Positions 1 through 10,146 of a stretch of 64,000 bases of DNA are shown here, piece by piece. Positions within the stretch are counted from its first letter, which is position 1. Every line of letters begins with the position of its first letter. The translations under genes and the position numbers were made by a program. Source of the DNA: an uncultured bacterium. Lineage in GTDB: Bacteria > Verrucomicrobiota > Verrucomicrobiia > Verrucomicrobiales > DEV007. The stretch is from NCBI GenBank assembly GCA_963977015.1, contig CAXBMO010000001.1, positions 352,001 to 416,000 on the forward strand, read 5' to 3'. The notes beneath the pieces were generated by a model. The model was not told the origin of the DNA, did no database searches, and worked only from the letters and a program-made list of their open reading frames with translations.

Positions 1-144
1 AGCCAGGGAATACGGCTGGATGAGGAAAAAGCGGAGTGTCCTTGCTCGGTCACAGGGGTTGCCCTGCATTCCTCAGAATTCCTTGCGCCTTGCGGGAAGC
101 CAAATCTCCTCGCGGCATTGGCACACCTTCCCTCCAAACGCTCC

Positions 145-1506
145 CTAGAACTTACAGATGTAGATCGGTAGATCGAGATTGAGGTCCAGTTGATCAATCA
201 TCTGAACTCGCTGGAGACTCGGGTATTTCTCCAGCTTCACCAGGGTCAAGTGGTAGATTTCACCGGGCTGGAACTTGGTCGGGCCCGTGAACTTCTTGTT
301 GAGCACGATCATGTGGGCAATGCGCAGCTTGTCGTAGGGATAGTTGCCGCTGTAGACCTTCTCAACCTCGTATTCGTAGAGGCCAAATGCGCTGGAATAC
401 GTCACTTCATTCAGGTGCTGGATCTGTGATTTGTTGACGAGCTTAAGCTTCACTTGGATTTCGTCACTGGCTTCGCCATCGGGTAAATCCAGGTTTCCAG
501 GTGCGCGCACCGGAGATTCGGCCGCTGCTTTTGTTCCACTTTTCTCGGAACCCACGGTCTTGGAGGCTTCTTTCGGAGTCTCAGCTGTTTCCGTGTTGTT
601 CATGGCGACGGCAGATTCTTTGGAAGTTGATCCGACTTTCGGCATCTCCTTTTCGGATTCTTTCGGGGATGATGCTGTCTCTTCGGTTTCCGTTGTTATG
701 GGCGTTTCAGGCTGCTTGCCCTGAGGAGAAGCGGCGGCCACCTTGACGGGCTCGGTTGCCGCCATGACCACGGTGGGCTCCGGCATTTCTCCCAAATGAT
801 CGATGAAGGAACGGAAATCGACCGTCACCTTGCTCGCCCAGTCGATCGACTGATCCGGGCCATAGTGAATCCCGTCGCTGCCAACCGGGTAATTGCCGGT
901 CCATTGGGTTACCTCGGCGCTCTCGAAAACTTTGCCGCCCAGTCCGCCAACGACTCGTTTCATGATGGTTGTCAGCTCCTGCTGCAGATCGGACGAAAAC
1001 CGTTTTGGGTGCGACTCGGGAGGCGTAATCCAATAGGAATGGGCGCCCTTGGAGTGCACCGCGCGGCACATATCCATGATCAGTGTCTCCACCAGCTTCA
1101 CATTTTCCTTTTTCTCCCGGCGCTTGGAGCGAAGCGTCGCGTAGAGGTTGACGCCGGTTTGAACAACCACGACGTCGGGCTTGTAGCTGTCGAGAAGGGT
1201 TTCAACTTTCGGCACGGCCCGAATGTAGCCAACTCGCTTCTCCAGTGTTGGCGTCTTTTCCCAGTAGCCAATGGAGCAGGAAATGGGCTCGTAACGGCTC
1301 AGCCAATAGTAGGGGCTCGCTCCTCCCGCCACGTAGGTGTAGACCTCCAGTTTCTCGGACCGCATGTTGGCGTCCAGAGTCCTTCCAAAAGCTCCCATGC
1401 TGAGCGAATCGCCAAGATAAAGGACCTTGGACTTCGCTGCGTGGGTAAAGGTGGTGGAGCAGAGAAAAAGGACTGCAATTAGCGTTAGTTTGGCTGAACT
1501 CCTCAT
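145..1506 (-). CDS. Secreted SGNH/GDSL-hydrolase-fold protein (possible polysaccharide O-acetyltransferase or esterase) with a long low-complexity linker and a C-terminal domain
   Basis: Signal peptide after MRSSAK, block I LGDSLS, C-terminal DGIH, and a ~100-aa E/T/A/P/S/K-rich linker. Alternative start at 1560. Confidence 0.7.
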   Translation of the reverse strand: MRSSAKLTLIAVLFLCSTTFTHAAKSKVLYLGDSLSMGAFGRTLDANMRSEKLEVYTYVAGGASPYYWLSRYEPISCSIGYWEKTPTLEKRVGYIRAVPKVETLLDSYKPDVVVVQTGVNLYATLRSKRREKKENVKLVETLIMDMCRAVHSKGAHSYWITPPESHPKRFSSDLQQELTTIMKRVVGGLGGKVFESAEVTQWTGNYPVGSDGIHYGPDQSIDWASKVTVDFRSFIDHLGEMPEPTVVMAATEPVKVAAASPQGKQPETPITTETEETASSPKESEKEMPKVGSTSKESAVAMNNTETAETPKEASKTVGSEKSGTKAAAESPVRAPGNLDLPDGEASDEIQVKLKLVNKSQIQHLNEVTYSSAFGLYEYEVEKVYSGNYPYDKLRIAHMIVLNKKFTGPTKFQPGEIYHLTLVKLEKYPSLQRVQMIDQLDLNLDLPIYICKF

Positions 1507-2097
1507 GGGTCCTGGCAATTTCGTGACGGTTGTTGAGTGTTTCAAGTGTCTACCTGCCATTCTCGACCGGCTTCGTCATAAAATACCATTATAATCGATT
1601 TTGTGATTCGAAAAATCACAGAATTTCAAATCTGAACAAGGCTCGACGAACCTCGAATCACAAAGCTACCATAATTAGGCAACTTTATTAGGTGGGTTCT
1701 GCCTAATTCTGACCTTTTGGCTTGGTCGTTTGCTGCAAGCAGGCATCGTCGCCTTCAAGGCTCAACATGCTCACTGGATCGACCTCGTGACGCAGTTCCG
1801 CAACGGTGCTTTGGATGATGAATTGCCCCTTTCCCGTCGAGAGAACGAGGCCCTTCGGGGTCGAAAGAATGATTACTTCTTGCTTGGGACAAAAATCTGC
1901 GTCCATACTCGAGTGCGGTGTTAAAACCCAATTCAGAGGCTTGATAAGGGGGACTGGAAGTACCAGCAACCATTTTTTTCACAATTAGATCATTTACTTG
2001 GGTTTAGTCTCATGTTTGAGAAAAATGAGGTTTAAATGAGGTGAAATGTCCAGTCGCCCGGGGTTGATCAAGCGGCGCGAGATTCTAGGATGGGCCC

Positions 2098-3717
2098 ATG
2101 CTCCGGCTTAACCAAAAGCGATTGCGCAGCCTCTCGCGAGATCGCGATTTTTTAGTTCGATCTTCCATCGGGATCATTGCGGCATCCACGATTGTGGCGC
2201 TAATCATCTGGTTTGCGTTCGGGAGTCGCCAGGATTGGTATGAAGAGAGGGTGAAGCTGGCTCAGCGGGGGGAAGTCGAGATGCTGGACGCGATTCGCGA
2301 GGCCGAAACCATCATTTATCGTGAGATGGGCGAGAAGAATCAAAAAGCGATCGAGGATTGGCCGCACAATCCGGGAGGGACCGTCGAGGCAGCCAGTCTG
2401 CCAAAGTTTGTCAAAATGGAGCTCGTTCCGACCATTCGGAACTGGATTGGAGGTAGCGAGCTCTCTCCCGAGTCGGGAGAGCTGTTCGAGACGTATGCGA
2501 GAGCCCGGTATTCCGGCACGGAAGCCGAGCGCCGAATGGCTCGCGCCGAATTGACCACGCTGGTGACGGCAAATTCACGGCGTCCCTTTGTGAACGAGTG
2601 CGTGGGCGACCTGGAGTTTGAAGAAGGCCAGTTTGAAGCTGCCAATCGGCATTTCGAGACGGAGTTGGAGATTCGCGAATCCGCGCATGCGGCTTCCCGT
2701 TTGGTTGAGACCGCTCTCGTCCAAAATGAATTAGAACGACTTCGCGAATTGCTGGCTCAGCCGAAAATCAGGCGGTCGACTTCCGTTCTCGTCCGTTTCG
2801 AGGCCTTTTCCAAACTTCGGGATTATGCTGGCATTTTTGAGACGGTGTTGGTTCACGATTATGCCGGACTCAGTTTGGCCTATGTCGGGCTCACGTTTTT
2901 TGTCGCCATGGTCTGGTTTTTTATCGTCGGGCAGTTCTCTGGGTTTCGAAGCGACCAGCTCTTGATTTATGGCGCGGCGATCTTGTTGGGTGTCTTCAGC
3001 GCGACCTTGACGTTGTTTGTCGTCATTGTTCAGGAGGAGGTGTTCGGGCTCTTTCCGGAGAACGGTGATTTCGTGCAAGGGCTGATCAATAACGTCGCGG
3101 GGATTGGGTTGCGGGAAGAGTTCATCAAGCTGGTCTGCTTCATTCCGCTCATTCCGGCTCTGCTTCGCCGATCAAATCCGGTCGAAGCGCTGGTCGTCGC
3201 AGGGTTCGTCGGCCTGGGGTTCGCCGTTCAGGAAAATCTCAGCTACTACTCAAGATCGGGAGGAAATGCGACGGTCGCCCGTTTCCTTTCCGCGAACTTT
3301 TTCCACCTGGCGATGACGGGGCTGGTTGGCTACGCGGCGTATCGATTTGCCCAATTGCCACAGCGACGTTGGGAAGAATTGCTGGCGACGTTTCTGACCG
3401 TGGTGCTGGCTCACGGGATTTACGATGCGTTGCTGACGTTGCCGGAGTTTATGGAACACAGCTGGCTCTCTCTCATCGTCTTCGCGGTTTTGGCCTATCG
3501 ATTTTTTGGCGTAGCACATTCGTTGCCGCTCACCTGGCGCCAGGAGCTTTCGCCGTTGGGGATTTTCGTGATCGGGACGAGTCTGTTAATTGGCGTGACC
3601 CTCAACGTGGTTTGCTACGGCGAGGTTCCTTATCCGGGTTACGTGCTTTTTCTGCTTTCCTGCGTTCAGTTGGTGCCAACCGCCTTCATTTTCATCAATA
3701 CCTTCCGGAGTAGTTAA
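2098..3717 (+). CDS. PrsW-family intramembrane metalloprotease with an N-terminal TPR-like extracytoplasmic domain
   Basis: PrsW motifs REEFIK, GFAVQEN, FHLAMTG and HGIYD. Many C-terminal TM helices; helical TPR-like N-terminal half. Confidence 0.85.
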   Translation: MLRLNQKRLRSLSRDRDFLVRSSIGIIAASTIVALIIWFAFGSRQDWYEERVKLAQRGEVEMLDAIREAETIIYREMGEKNQKAIEDWPHNPGGTVEAASLPKFVKMELVPTIRNWIGGSELSPESGELFETYARARYSGTEAERRMARAELTTLVTANSRRPFVNECVGDLEFEEGQFEAANRHFETELEIRESAHAASRLVETALVQNELERLRELLAQPKIRRSTSVLVRFEAFSKLRDYAGIFETVLVHDYAGLSLAYVGLTFFVAMVWFFIVGQFSGFRSDQLLIYGAAILLGVFSATLTLFVVIVQEEVFGLFPENGDFVQGLINNVAGIGLREEFIKLVCFIPLIPALLRRSNPVEALVVAGFVGLGFAVQENLSYYSRSGGNATVARFLSANFFHLAMTGLVGYAAYRFAQLPQRRWEELLATFLTVVLAHGIYDALLTLPEFMEHSWLSLIVFAVLAYRFFGVAHSLPLTWRQELSPLGIFVIGTSLLIGVTLNVVCYGEVPYPGYVLFLLSCVQLVPTAFIFINTFRSS

Positions 3718-3727
3718 GAACCGAGCG

Positions 3728-4180
3728 ATGAGAGCAGTGATTCAACGTGTTACTGAGGCCAGCGTCACCATTGACGACTGCGTTCGTGGTCAAATTGAGA
3801 CCGGGGTGCTCGTGCTTCTCGGAATTGAGGGCGAAGACTCTCAGGAAGATGTCGAATGGTTGGCTGGAAAAATCGCCAGAATGCGGATTTTTCCGGACGA
3901 AGAAGGCAAGATCAATCGATCCTGCCTCGACGTTGGCGGCGAAGCGTTGGTCATCAGCCAGTTCACGCTGCATGCGAGCACCAAAAAAGGAAACCGCCCG
4001 TCCTTCATCAAGGCAGCGAGGCCGGAAGTGGCGATTCCACTTTACAAGGCATTTCTTGAGGCAATGGAGCGAGAACTTGGAAAGGCCGTGGAAAGCGGCG
4101 AGTTCGGGGCGGATATGAAGGTTCGGCTCCTGAACGACGGACCCGTGACGATTTGGATGGACACCAAGGATCGCGAATAA
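3728..4180 (+). CDS. dtd: D-aminoacyl-tRNA deacylase
   Basis: MRAVIQRV start, SQFTL, NDGPVT. Confidence 0.97.
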   Translation: MRAVIQRVTEASVTIDDCVRGQIETGVLVLLGIEGEDSQEDVEWLAGKIARMRIFPDEEGKINRSCLDVGGEALVISQFTLHASTKKGNRPSFIKAARPEVAIPLYKAFLEAMERELGKAVESGEFGADMKVRLLNDGPVTIWMDTKDRE

Positions 4181-4254
4181 TGCCAATTTTCCGGCACTTG
4201 GAGGGATTGCCATCGACAGCCGTCAAACGCCCTGTATCGTGTTAGTCATTCGCC

Positions 4255-6828
4255 ATGGAGGAATCTGCTCAACCACCTAAAGAAGCCGAGTCTGAACCGA
4301 AACCAGATGAACCGGACACCGGCGAGAAACGGTCGCGCCGTGGGCTCTGGATCACGTTGGCAATTGTCGTCGTGTTGGTTTCGGCAGGAGTCGTGCTTGT
4401 CGCAATGTTGCCGGGGATCATCGAGGCCCAGATTCGAAAGGCGCTCGCAGATCTGGAGCTGGAGCGCACGGAGTTTGAGATGGGGGCTGTTACGCTGAGC
4501 GGGGCGGAAATTCGCGAGGTCGACTTTGCGGGAAAAGGGTGGGAATTGCAGACGCCACTGGTTAAGGCGGGGTATTCGATCCCGAGTTTGTTGAGAAAGC
4601 GATTGGGGAGCCTTGATCTCTCGAACGCTGCCTTTGAGTTGGACCTGGATGGATTGGAACCTCAGGAAGTTTCTCACGATGATGGTGCGGCCTCAACCGA
4701 AGACGGACCGTCCGGATTTACGCTTTCAAAACTTGCGGGTTCTCTCCCGGTCGAGCGAATCGATCTGGAGAATACGGTCATTCATCTTCGCCGTGGCGAG
4801 TTGCTTCAAGAGCTGGGATTGAGTGGCTACGTGAGTTTGGCTGGGCAAACGGATGTCAGGGTGGTCGGAACCGGTGCCTCCGCGCTGGAAGTCGGCGTTA
4901 CCGGCAACATGAATGGAGCCAATGGGAAGGCGGATCTTGTGGCAGAAATGTCGATTGCGAGTTTCCCGGTTCTTCTGGAACTCGCCAACCTGGAGATCGA
5001 GCAGGAAGGGCTGGATCTGAAATTCGGAACCCTTGAGGGTTCTGGGGAAATCCAGGTTCGGGCCGATGAATTCGGATTTGGCGAGGTCGATATTCAGGTC
5101 GATCTGGAAGGCCTCACCTATGATGACTTCAAGCTGGGCGCGACTCAGCTCCAGGTGAACCACGATTCCGGTTTTTTCCTGCTCACCAGCGGTGACTTGG
5201 ATGCCGCCTATGAACCGGATGTTTCCGGGCGCGGAACGGTCGAAGCCAAGCTCAAGCCTGGTGCCACGTTCGAGGAATCCCTTCTTGAAGGCGTGATTCA
5301 TGTGGCGTCGATGGAGCTTTTCGGGATTCCTCTCTCTCCTTTCGATCTGCCGGTGAAGGGGAATCTCAATACGCTTCATTTCGGGCCGGGAAGCGCGACT
5401 TCGCCCGATTTTAAAGGGCTGGTTTTGGCTGATGTCGAGTTTGACGTTGAGGACATGACCAAACCCGTGATTCATGGAAATGGGACGGGCGTTCTCGGCG
5501 TTCAACTGCCCGGGTTTGCGGCGAATCCGCCTCATGATCTCAATTTGGAGGGAGCTGTGGCGATGCCGGTCCTCGCGAATTTCAAAGTGGCCCCCGATGA
5601 GCAGGCGTTTTCGATCAAACTGGATCTCCCGAAAGAAACCGCGACGGGCCAGGACTCTGAATTCGAGTTGAAGGGAGTCGGAAACGCTGAACTTCAAACG
5701 CGGTTTGCGGGGGAGAAATCAGAGGTTGATCTAAATCTCGATATATCCAGTTTGGAGTGGTCTGAGGCTGGTGAGCAACTCGCAATTCTCGAAGACCTAC
5801 AACTTCAAGGCAAGTTGACCGATGGAAACGGCTCTGGTGAAGGGAGCGGCAGTTTGAATGGCAAGTCGTTCCCCATCTCGCTGACCCACGAGACGGAAGG
5901 TGCCACGCAAAACACCAGGATCACCATCGATTCCATCGCCCTGCGGGAAGAGACATGGGTTGGAGAACTGATTGAAGGTTGGGAAGGAAGCAAGCTCTCC
6001 GGCGACATCAAGGTTGAGGCGACTTTTGAAACGAGCGGAGAAGCGGTTTCTCCCCAAATCACCGCGTCGCTGACGCATGGTTCGCTGGAATATCCGGATG
6101 GCGAAACCAGTGCAACCGGGGTGACGGCTGCCGTCGAGGTGGCTTCCCTGGATCCGTTGAAGCTGGCGCCGCGAACAACGGTGCGGGTCGATCGCATTTC
6201 GACTCCCGCCGATATTGACGTTACTGGAGTTCGGCTCAGTTTCAGTGTGCTGGAGGGCGGGGCGACGCGGCTGAATTCCTTTTCGGCCCAGGTTTTCGGA
6301 GGAGAAATCGCATTGAGCAAATCCGTCACGATTCCGGCCGGTGGGACCGGTTACACCTTGCCGATTTCGCTGAAATCAATCAAGGCCGCGCAAATTATGG
6401 AGTTTTTCCCTCAATTCGAGGGCGAAATCGACGCTGCCGTCAGTGGGCAAATCCCCATTGGGGTGACCAAAACTGGAAATCTGGAAATCCTTGTCGGGAC
6501 ACTTGAATTGGATTCCAACTATCCGGCGGTGCTTCGCTACGATGCGACCGGCCTGCTAACCAAGGATCTGAAAGAACGGAGCCGGGCTTTCAAGATCAAT
6601 CAGCAGGTTGAGCGAGCCCTGGGGAATCTCTCGATCGATGGTCTCGAGGTGAGTCTTTTGGATCAATCGAATTCCGAGCATCGAGCCGTTGTGAAATTGA
6701 ATGGCGTTGGAGTCGATGAATCGGTCAAAGTTCCCGTCACGTTGAATGTTCGGGTCGAAGACAAGGAGGACATTTTGCGCAAGATTCTCGACAATGTTGT
6801 CTTTAGTGGAATCAATCTGAGTTTTTGA
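4255..6828 (+). CDS. ydbH: YdbH-family (AsmA-like) intermembrane lipid-transport protein
   Basis: Single N-terminal TM anchor, long beta-rich body, C-terminal FGGEI...VSGQIPI region. Followed by ynbE- and ydbL-like genes. Confidence 0.8.
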   Translation: MEESAQPPKEAESEPKPDEPDTGEKRSRRGLWITLAIVVVLVSAGVVLVAMLPGIIEAQIRKALADLELERTEFEMGAVTLSGAEIREVDFAGKGWELQTPLVKAGYSIPSLLRKRLGSLDLSNAAFELDLDGLEPQEVSHDDGAASTEDGPSGFTLSKLAGSLPVERIDLENTVIHLRRGELLQELGLSGYVSLAGQTDVRVVGTGASALEVGVTGNMNGANGKADLVAEMSIASFPVLLELANLEIEQEGLDLKFGTLEGSGEIQVRADEFGFGEVDIQVDLEGLTYDDFKLGATQLQVNHDSGFFLLTSGDLDAAYEPDVSGRGTVEAKLKPGATFEESLLEGVIHVASMELFGIPLSPFDLPVKGNLNTLHFGPGSATSPDFKGLVLADVEFDVEDMTKPVIHGNGTGVLGVQLPGFAANPPHDLNLEGAVAMPVLANFKVAPDEQAFSIKLDLPKETATGQDSEFELKGVGNAELQTRFAGEKSEVDLNLDISSLEWSEAGEQLAILEDLQLQGKLTDGNGSGEGSGSLNGKSFPISLTHETEGATQNTRITIDSIALREETWVGELIEGWEGSKLSGDIKVEATFETSGEAVSPQITASLTHGSLEYPDGETSATGVTAAVEVASLDPLKLAPRTTVRVDRISTPADIDVTGVRLSFSVLEGGATRLNSFSAQVFGGEIALSKSVTIPAGGTGYTLPISLKSIKAAQIMEFFPQFEGEIDAAVSGQIPIGVTKTGNLEILVGTLELDSNYPAVLRYDATGLLTKDLKERSRAFKINQQVERALGNLSIDGLEVSLLDQSNSEHRAVVKLNGVGVDESVKVPVTLNVRVEDKEDILRKILDNVVFSGINLSF

Positions 6829-6893
6829 GATTTACCTTCGCGTTTTCCTCTCACATTCTGCAAACCTACCTTCATTCCAACTTAGCCGCCATC

Positions 6894-7085
6894 ATGCAAA
6901 CTTTCCGACTGCGCTTCCTTTTCTCACTGCTCTTTCTCGCGATCGGCGCGTTGAGCACCACAAGCTGCGTTCGCGTTCGAATTGATCCTGTTGAGATCAA
7001 CCTGAACGTCAAATTGGAGACGGTTGATGAAGAGTTGGACGACTTTTTCGCCGATTTGGACGCTGCCGACCCCACCCTCAAGTGA
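6894..7085 (+). CDS. ynbE: YnbE-family lipoprotein
   Basis: Lipobox-like TTSC, then VRIDPVEINLNVKL and ELDDFF. Lies between ydbH and ydbL. Confidence 0.75.
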   Translation: MQTFRLRFLFSLLFLAIGALSTTSCVRVRIDPVEINLNVKLETVDEELDDFFADLDAADPTLK

Positions 7086-7492
7086 ATACCTTGCAAATGA
7101 CACCCGCCATATCGACTGCTATGAAAGCCATGAATCGAATTTACGTACCATTATTTGTGATTTTCGCACTGTTCGCCGGAATGGATGCTTCGGCTGACGA
7201 TCTGCGAGATCGCTTCAAAAAACGCCTGCCTCAAATTGTCGCCATGAAGAAAGCGCTCGTGGTTGGTGAAAACAATCAGGGTTACCTCGAAGCTCGTGGT
7301 AATCTCGATGGTGCGCAAAAGGGGCTTGTGAAGGACGAGAATAACGACAGGAAAGCTCTCTACCGCTCGATTGCGTCGAAAGCCGGCGTTGATGAGAAAA
7401 CGGTCGCTGTTCGGCGTGCCGCTGATATTCGAAAGAAGGCCGAGGGTGGGATTTGGGTGCAAAAACCCGATGGTGACTGGGAGCGTCGTTAA
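7082..7492 (+). CDS. ydbL: YdbL / DUF1318 family protein
   Basis: VGENNQGYL, ENNDRKALY, C-terminal GIWVQKPDGDW. Start may be 7121. Confidence 0.85.
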   Translation: MNTLQMTPAISTAMKAMNRIYVPLFVIFALFAGMDASADDLRDRFKKRLPQIVAMKKALVVGENNQGYLEARGNLDGAQKGLVKDENNDRKALYRSIASKAGVDEKTVAVRRAADIRKKAEGGIWVQKPDGDWERR

Positions 7493-7556
7493 AGCGAAAG
7501 TCCTGCGTTGCAGTTGGTGCTTGCAGTTCAGGCTCCAGAATTTAGGATTCTGGGCT

Positions 7557-8528
7557 ATGTCCCGACCAACCCCTTTTTTCCTTTCTGTCATTCTTGCGTC
7601 TTCCTCTCTGGCTTTTGCGGCTGAGGAGGAGGGACTCGCCGAGTTGGAAAGCAGTTTCAAGGCCCCCGTTCCGGAGGCGGAAGGCAAAGCCGGGAACTTC
7701 CAGGAGATCTTTTCGAAAATCCAGAAAGAGGCAGCGCGAAAAGGCCCGGATTTGGATCGGACCCGCGGTCAGATCGTTTTTAAAGCAGAAGAGGGAACAT
7801 ACCTCAAAAATGAACATTTCGGTCGCTGGAACTGGCCGGAATTTACCCCGGATCGTTGGGGAAAATACGATGTGGAAGTCACTTACGTCTCCATCTCTCC
7901 GAAGATGGGTTTTCAGTTTTACGTAGGGGACGCGAAATCAAAAGGCTATGCTCCGCAGTCGGGTGGGATGGAGATCGAGCATACCACCATGCTTTCTCCC
8001 ATCTACATCCCCAACACCAACAGCGTTCCCGTCGGGGTTCTTTCGGGGAATAACTCGAACGGTGCCAGTTTCCAGCTCCGCAAGGTCGTCCTCACGCCCG
8101 CACCTGAAGGCGATTCCGTGAGCCAGGGAATTGATGGCACCATTACCTTGGCGGCTTCCAATTCGACCACCTATTCGAAGAAAATGCGCTACGAGCCGAA
8201 GACGGAGAAGAATTGCCTCGGATTTTGGACGGATGAGAATGACTTTGCCGAGTGGTCGTTTGAGGTTCATGCCCCTGGTGAGTTTCAGGTCCAGGTTTTT
8301 CAGGGATGCGGTGATGGAAATGGGGGAAGCGAAGTGGGATTTTGGGTGAACGAGGAACAACGCAAATTCATGGTGAAAGAGACGGGTGGGTTCCAGAATT
8401 GGAAGCCGATCGATTTGGGAACGATCAAAGTGAGTGAAGGTTCCAACACGGTCACGATCAAGCCGCTCAACAAGACCAACAAGGCGGTGATGGACATCCA
8501 AAAGGTGGTCCTGACTCCCGTTGGCTAA
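7557..8528 (+). CDS. Secreted protein with two carbohydrate-binding-module-like beta-sandwich domains and no catalytic domain seen
   Basis: Signal peptide, CLGFWTDENDFAEW, ETGGFQNW..LGTI. Two similar beta-rich repeats. Confidence 0.6.
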   Translation: MSRPTPFFLSVILASSSLAFAAEEEGLAELESSFKAPVPEAEGKAGNFQEIFSKIQKEAARKGPDLDRTRGQIVFKAEEGTYLKNEHFGRWNWPEFTPDRWGKYDVEVTYVSISPKMGFQFYVGDAKSKGYAPQSGGMEIEHTTMLSPIYIPNTNSVPVGVLSGNNSNGASFQLRKVVLTPAPEGDSVSQGIDGTITLAASNSTTYSKKMRYEPKTEKNCLGFWTDENDFAEWSFEVHAPGEFQVQVFQGCGDGNGGSEVGFWVNEEQRKFMVKETGGFQNWKPIDLGTIKVSEGSNTVTIKPLNKTNKAVMDIQKVVLTPVG

Positions 8529-8545
8529 TTTCCAATTCCAACGTT

Positions 8546-10030
8546 CTACTGGCTCCGAAACGGCTTGATAAACAGGGCCGGGTCGCTCCGCTCGGCTGCG
8601 AAGGTTTCCCAGACCTTGATTTCGCTGTCCTTTGGGGCGGTCAACGTTTTGCCGTTTTGGGGGAGACCAATCAAATAGCAGTCAACCGGGGCTGAAGCGC
8701 CGATCGTCCCGCGAAGTTGATCGAGAAAGTCGCCCAGATCCCGGGGCGCCAACGACCACGCTTCCACCACCAACACGATCCTCAGATCGCTTTTGCGGAG
8801 CAATTTCTCAAGAGCCGCGATCGCTTTCGTGTCTTCATCCACTTCGGCTCCGCCGGCCGGAAAGGTATCGATCACGTTGACGCGAAGCTGTTGCAGCGCG
8901 GCGACCCGAAGTTCCGGTTCGGCTGGTTTCACACCGCCCCAAAGCAGCGCCACCGCATTGTCGGCGGGCCCCTTCGTGGTGACCTCGATAGGGATGTCGG
9001 TGAGGTTTCGCCACCATTCCCGATGAATCCGCTCGGAAAACGCCAGCCCACGCAATTCAGATCGCCGCCGGAGGTCAAACCCAGTGTAGAGCAGCAATCT
9101 GGGCAAGAGCCCCCAAAACGCGATTGAGCAAACCAGAAACGGGAACCATGCCCGAGCCGATTCTTCCGCTGTAAGGATCGCCGATTCAATCGGGTCGAGA
9201 GGACTCCCCTGCCACCGAATTCGAGACTGGGCGATTTCTTCCTGATCGGGAACCCATTCCGGTTTGAACCAACTCCACGGAACTCCGAGAACCTCCGTCG
9301 CTCTCGACAATGCCGGGTTCATCGTGTTTTCCGCCGTCGTTTCCCAGCCGAACCTCACCGAAACAAAAAGGACACTACCGACCAAGGCCGCGATCGCGCC
9401 CACGTTAAACGCGATCCCCGCCGCCTGGGTCAAAAGCATGGTTGGCATGGTGAATAAACGCCGGGTTTTTGCATTTTCTCGCCACCAGACCGCCGCTTCC
9501 TTGCTCATGGTTCGCTCGGCAGTGTGGTTGACGATGCTTTGAAATCCCCGATGAGCGAACGATACAAAGGCGTGGTTTCGCCAGATCAGCCAGGCCAACA
9601 ATCCGAGCAGGCCAAGGGTGAGAAAGAGCCATTGGATTCCGACCGTAAGTCCAAAGAGCAACAGCACATTGTAGGTCCGGGAATCTTCGTAGCCGAGCGT
9701 TCCGAGAACCGTGCCGGCTCCCAAAAACGCCATGAACAAGACGATCGCGGTTCCAACCGTCCAGAACGCTCCGGAAATCGCTGCGCCAGGCAGTTTGGAG
9801 GTTTCCAAGCCTGATTTCCTGGTTTGCAGCCACCGCCAGAGTGCTTTCTGCAGGGTTCTGGCGTCAGGGCGATCAATCTTTCCCGGGTCGATCCAGGGCT
9901 CGATTTCATCAGCAAAAAAGCCGTCGTTGCTTGCGTCTCCGGTCTCTTCGTCACGGCGCAACAAATACTCGAGATCGATCAATTCACTGACCGACCATTT
10001 GGGCTTGGGTGATTTCGAATCAGAAGGCAA
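8546..10030 (-). CDS. DUF2868-like membrane protein
   Basis: Several TM segments, FGWETT, WFPFL...WGLLPRLL. TTG start is uncertain. Confidence 0.7.
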   Translation of the reverse strand: MPSDSKSPKPKWSVSELIDLEYLLRRDEETGDASNDGFFADEIEPWIDPGKIDRPDARTLQKALWRWLQTRKSGLETSKLPGAAISGAFWTVGTAIVLFMAFLGAGTVLGTLGYEDSRTYNVLLLFGLTVGIQWLFLTLGLLGLLAWLIWRNHAFVSFAHRGFQSIVNHTAERTMSKEAAVWWRENAKTRRLFTMPTMLLTQAAGIAFNVGAIAALVGSVLFVSVRFGWETTAENTMNPALSRATEVLGVPWSWFKPEWVPDQEEIAQSRIRWQGSPLDPIESAILTAEESARAWFPFLVCSIAFWGLLPRLLLYTGFDLRRRSELRGLAFSERIHREWWRNLTDIPIEVTTKGPADNAVALLWGGVKPAEPELRVAALQQLRVNVIDTFPAGGAEVDEDTKAIAALEKLLRKSDLRIVLVVEAWSLAPRDLGDFLDQLRGTIGASAPVDCYLIGLPQNGKTLTAPKDSEIKVWETFAAERSDPALFIKPFRSQ

Positions 10031-10146
10031 AGCGAGGTGCTACGGTTTAGCATGTTTGACGGAAATGGCGAACAATCGTCGGCATCGAGTGATTTCCGCA
10101 TTTTCCCGAGGTTTGACGCTCGAGTCCTTCTTGCTAAGCTCAGGCC

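Noticed and set aside
1703-1969. Small ORFs on either strand between the SGNH and PrsW genes
   Set aside because: No recognisable motif and competing overlapping frames. A ~67-aa minus-strand ORF from 1906 is possible but unsupported.
4255-7492. ydbH-ynbE-ydbL as a novel envelope system
   Set aside because: This is an established conserved operon, characterised in E. coli.
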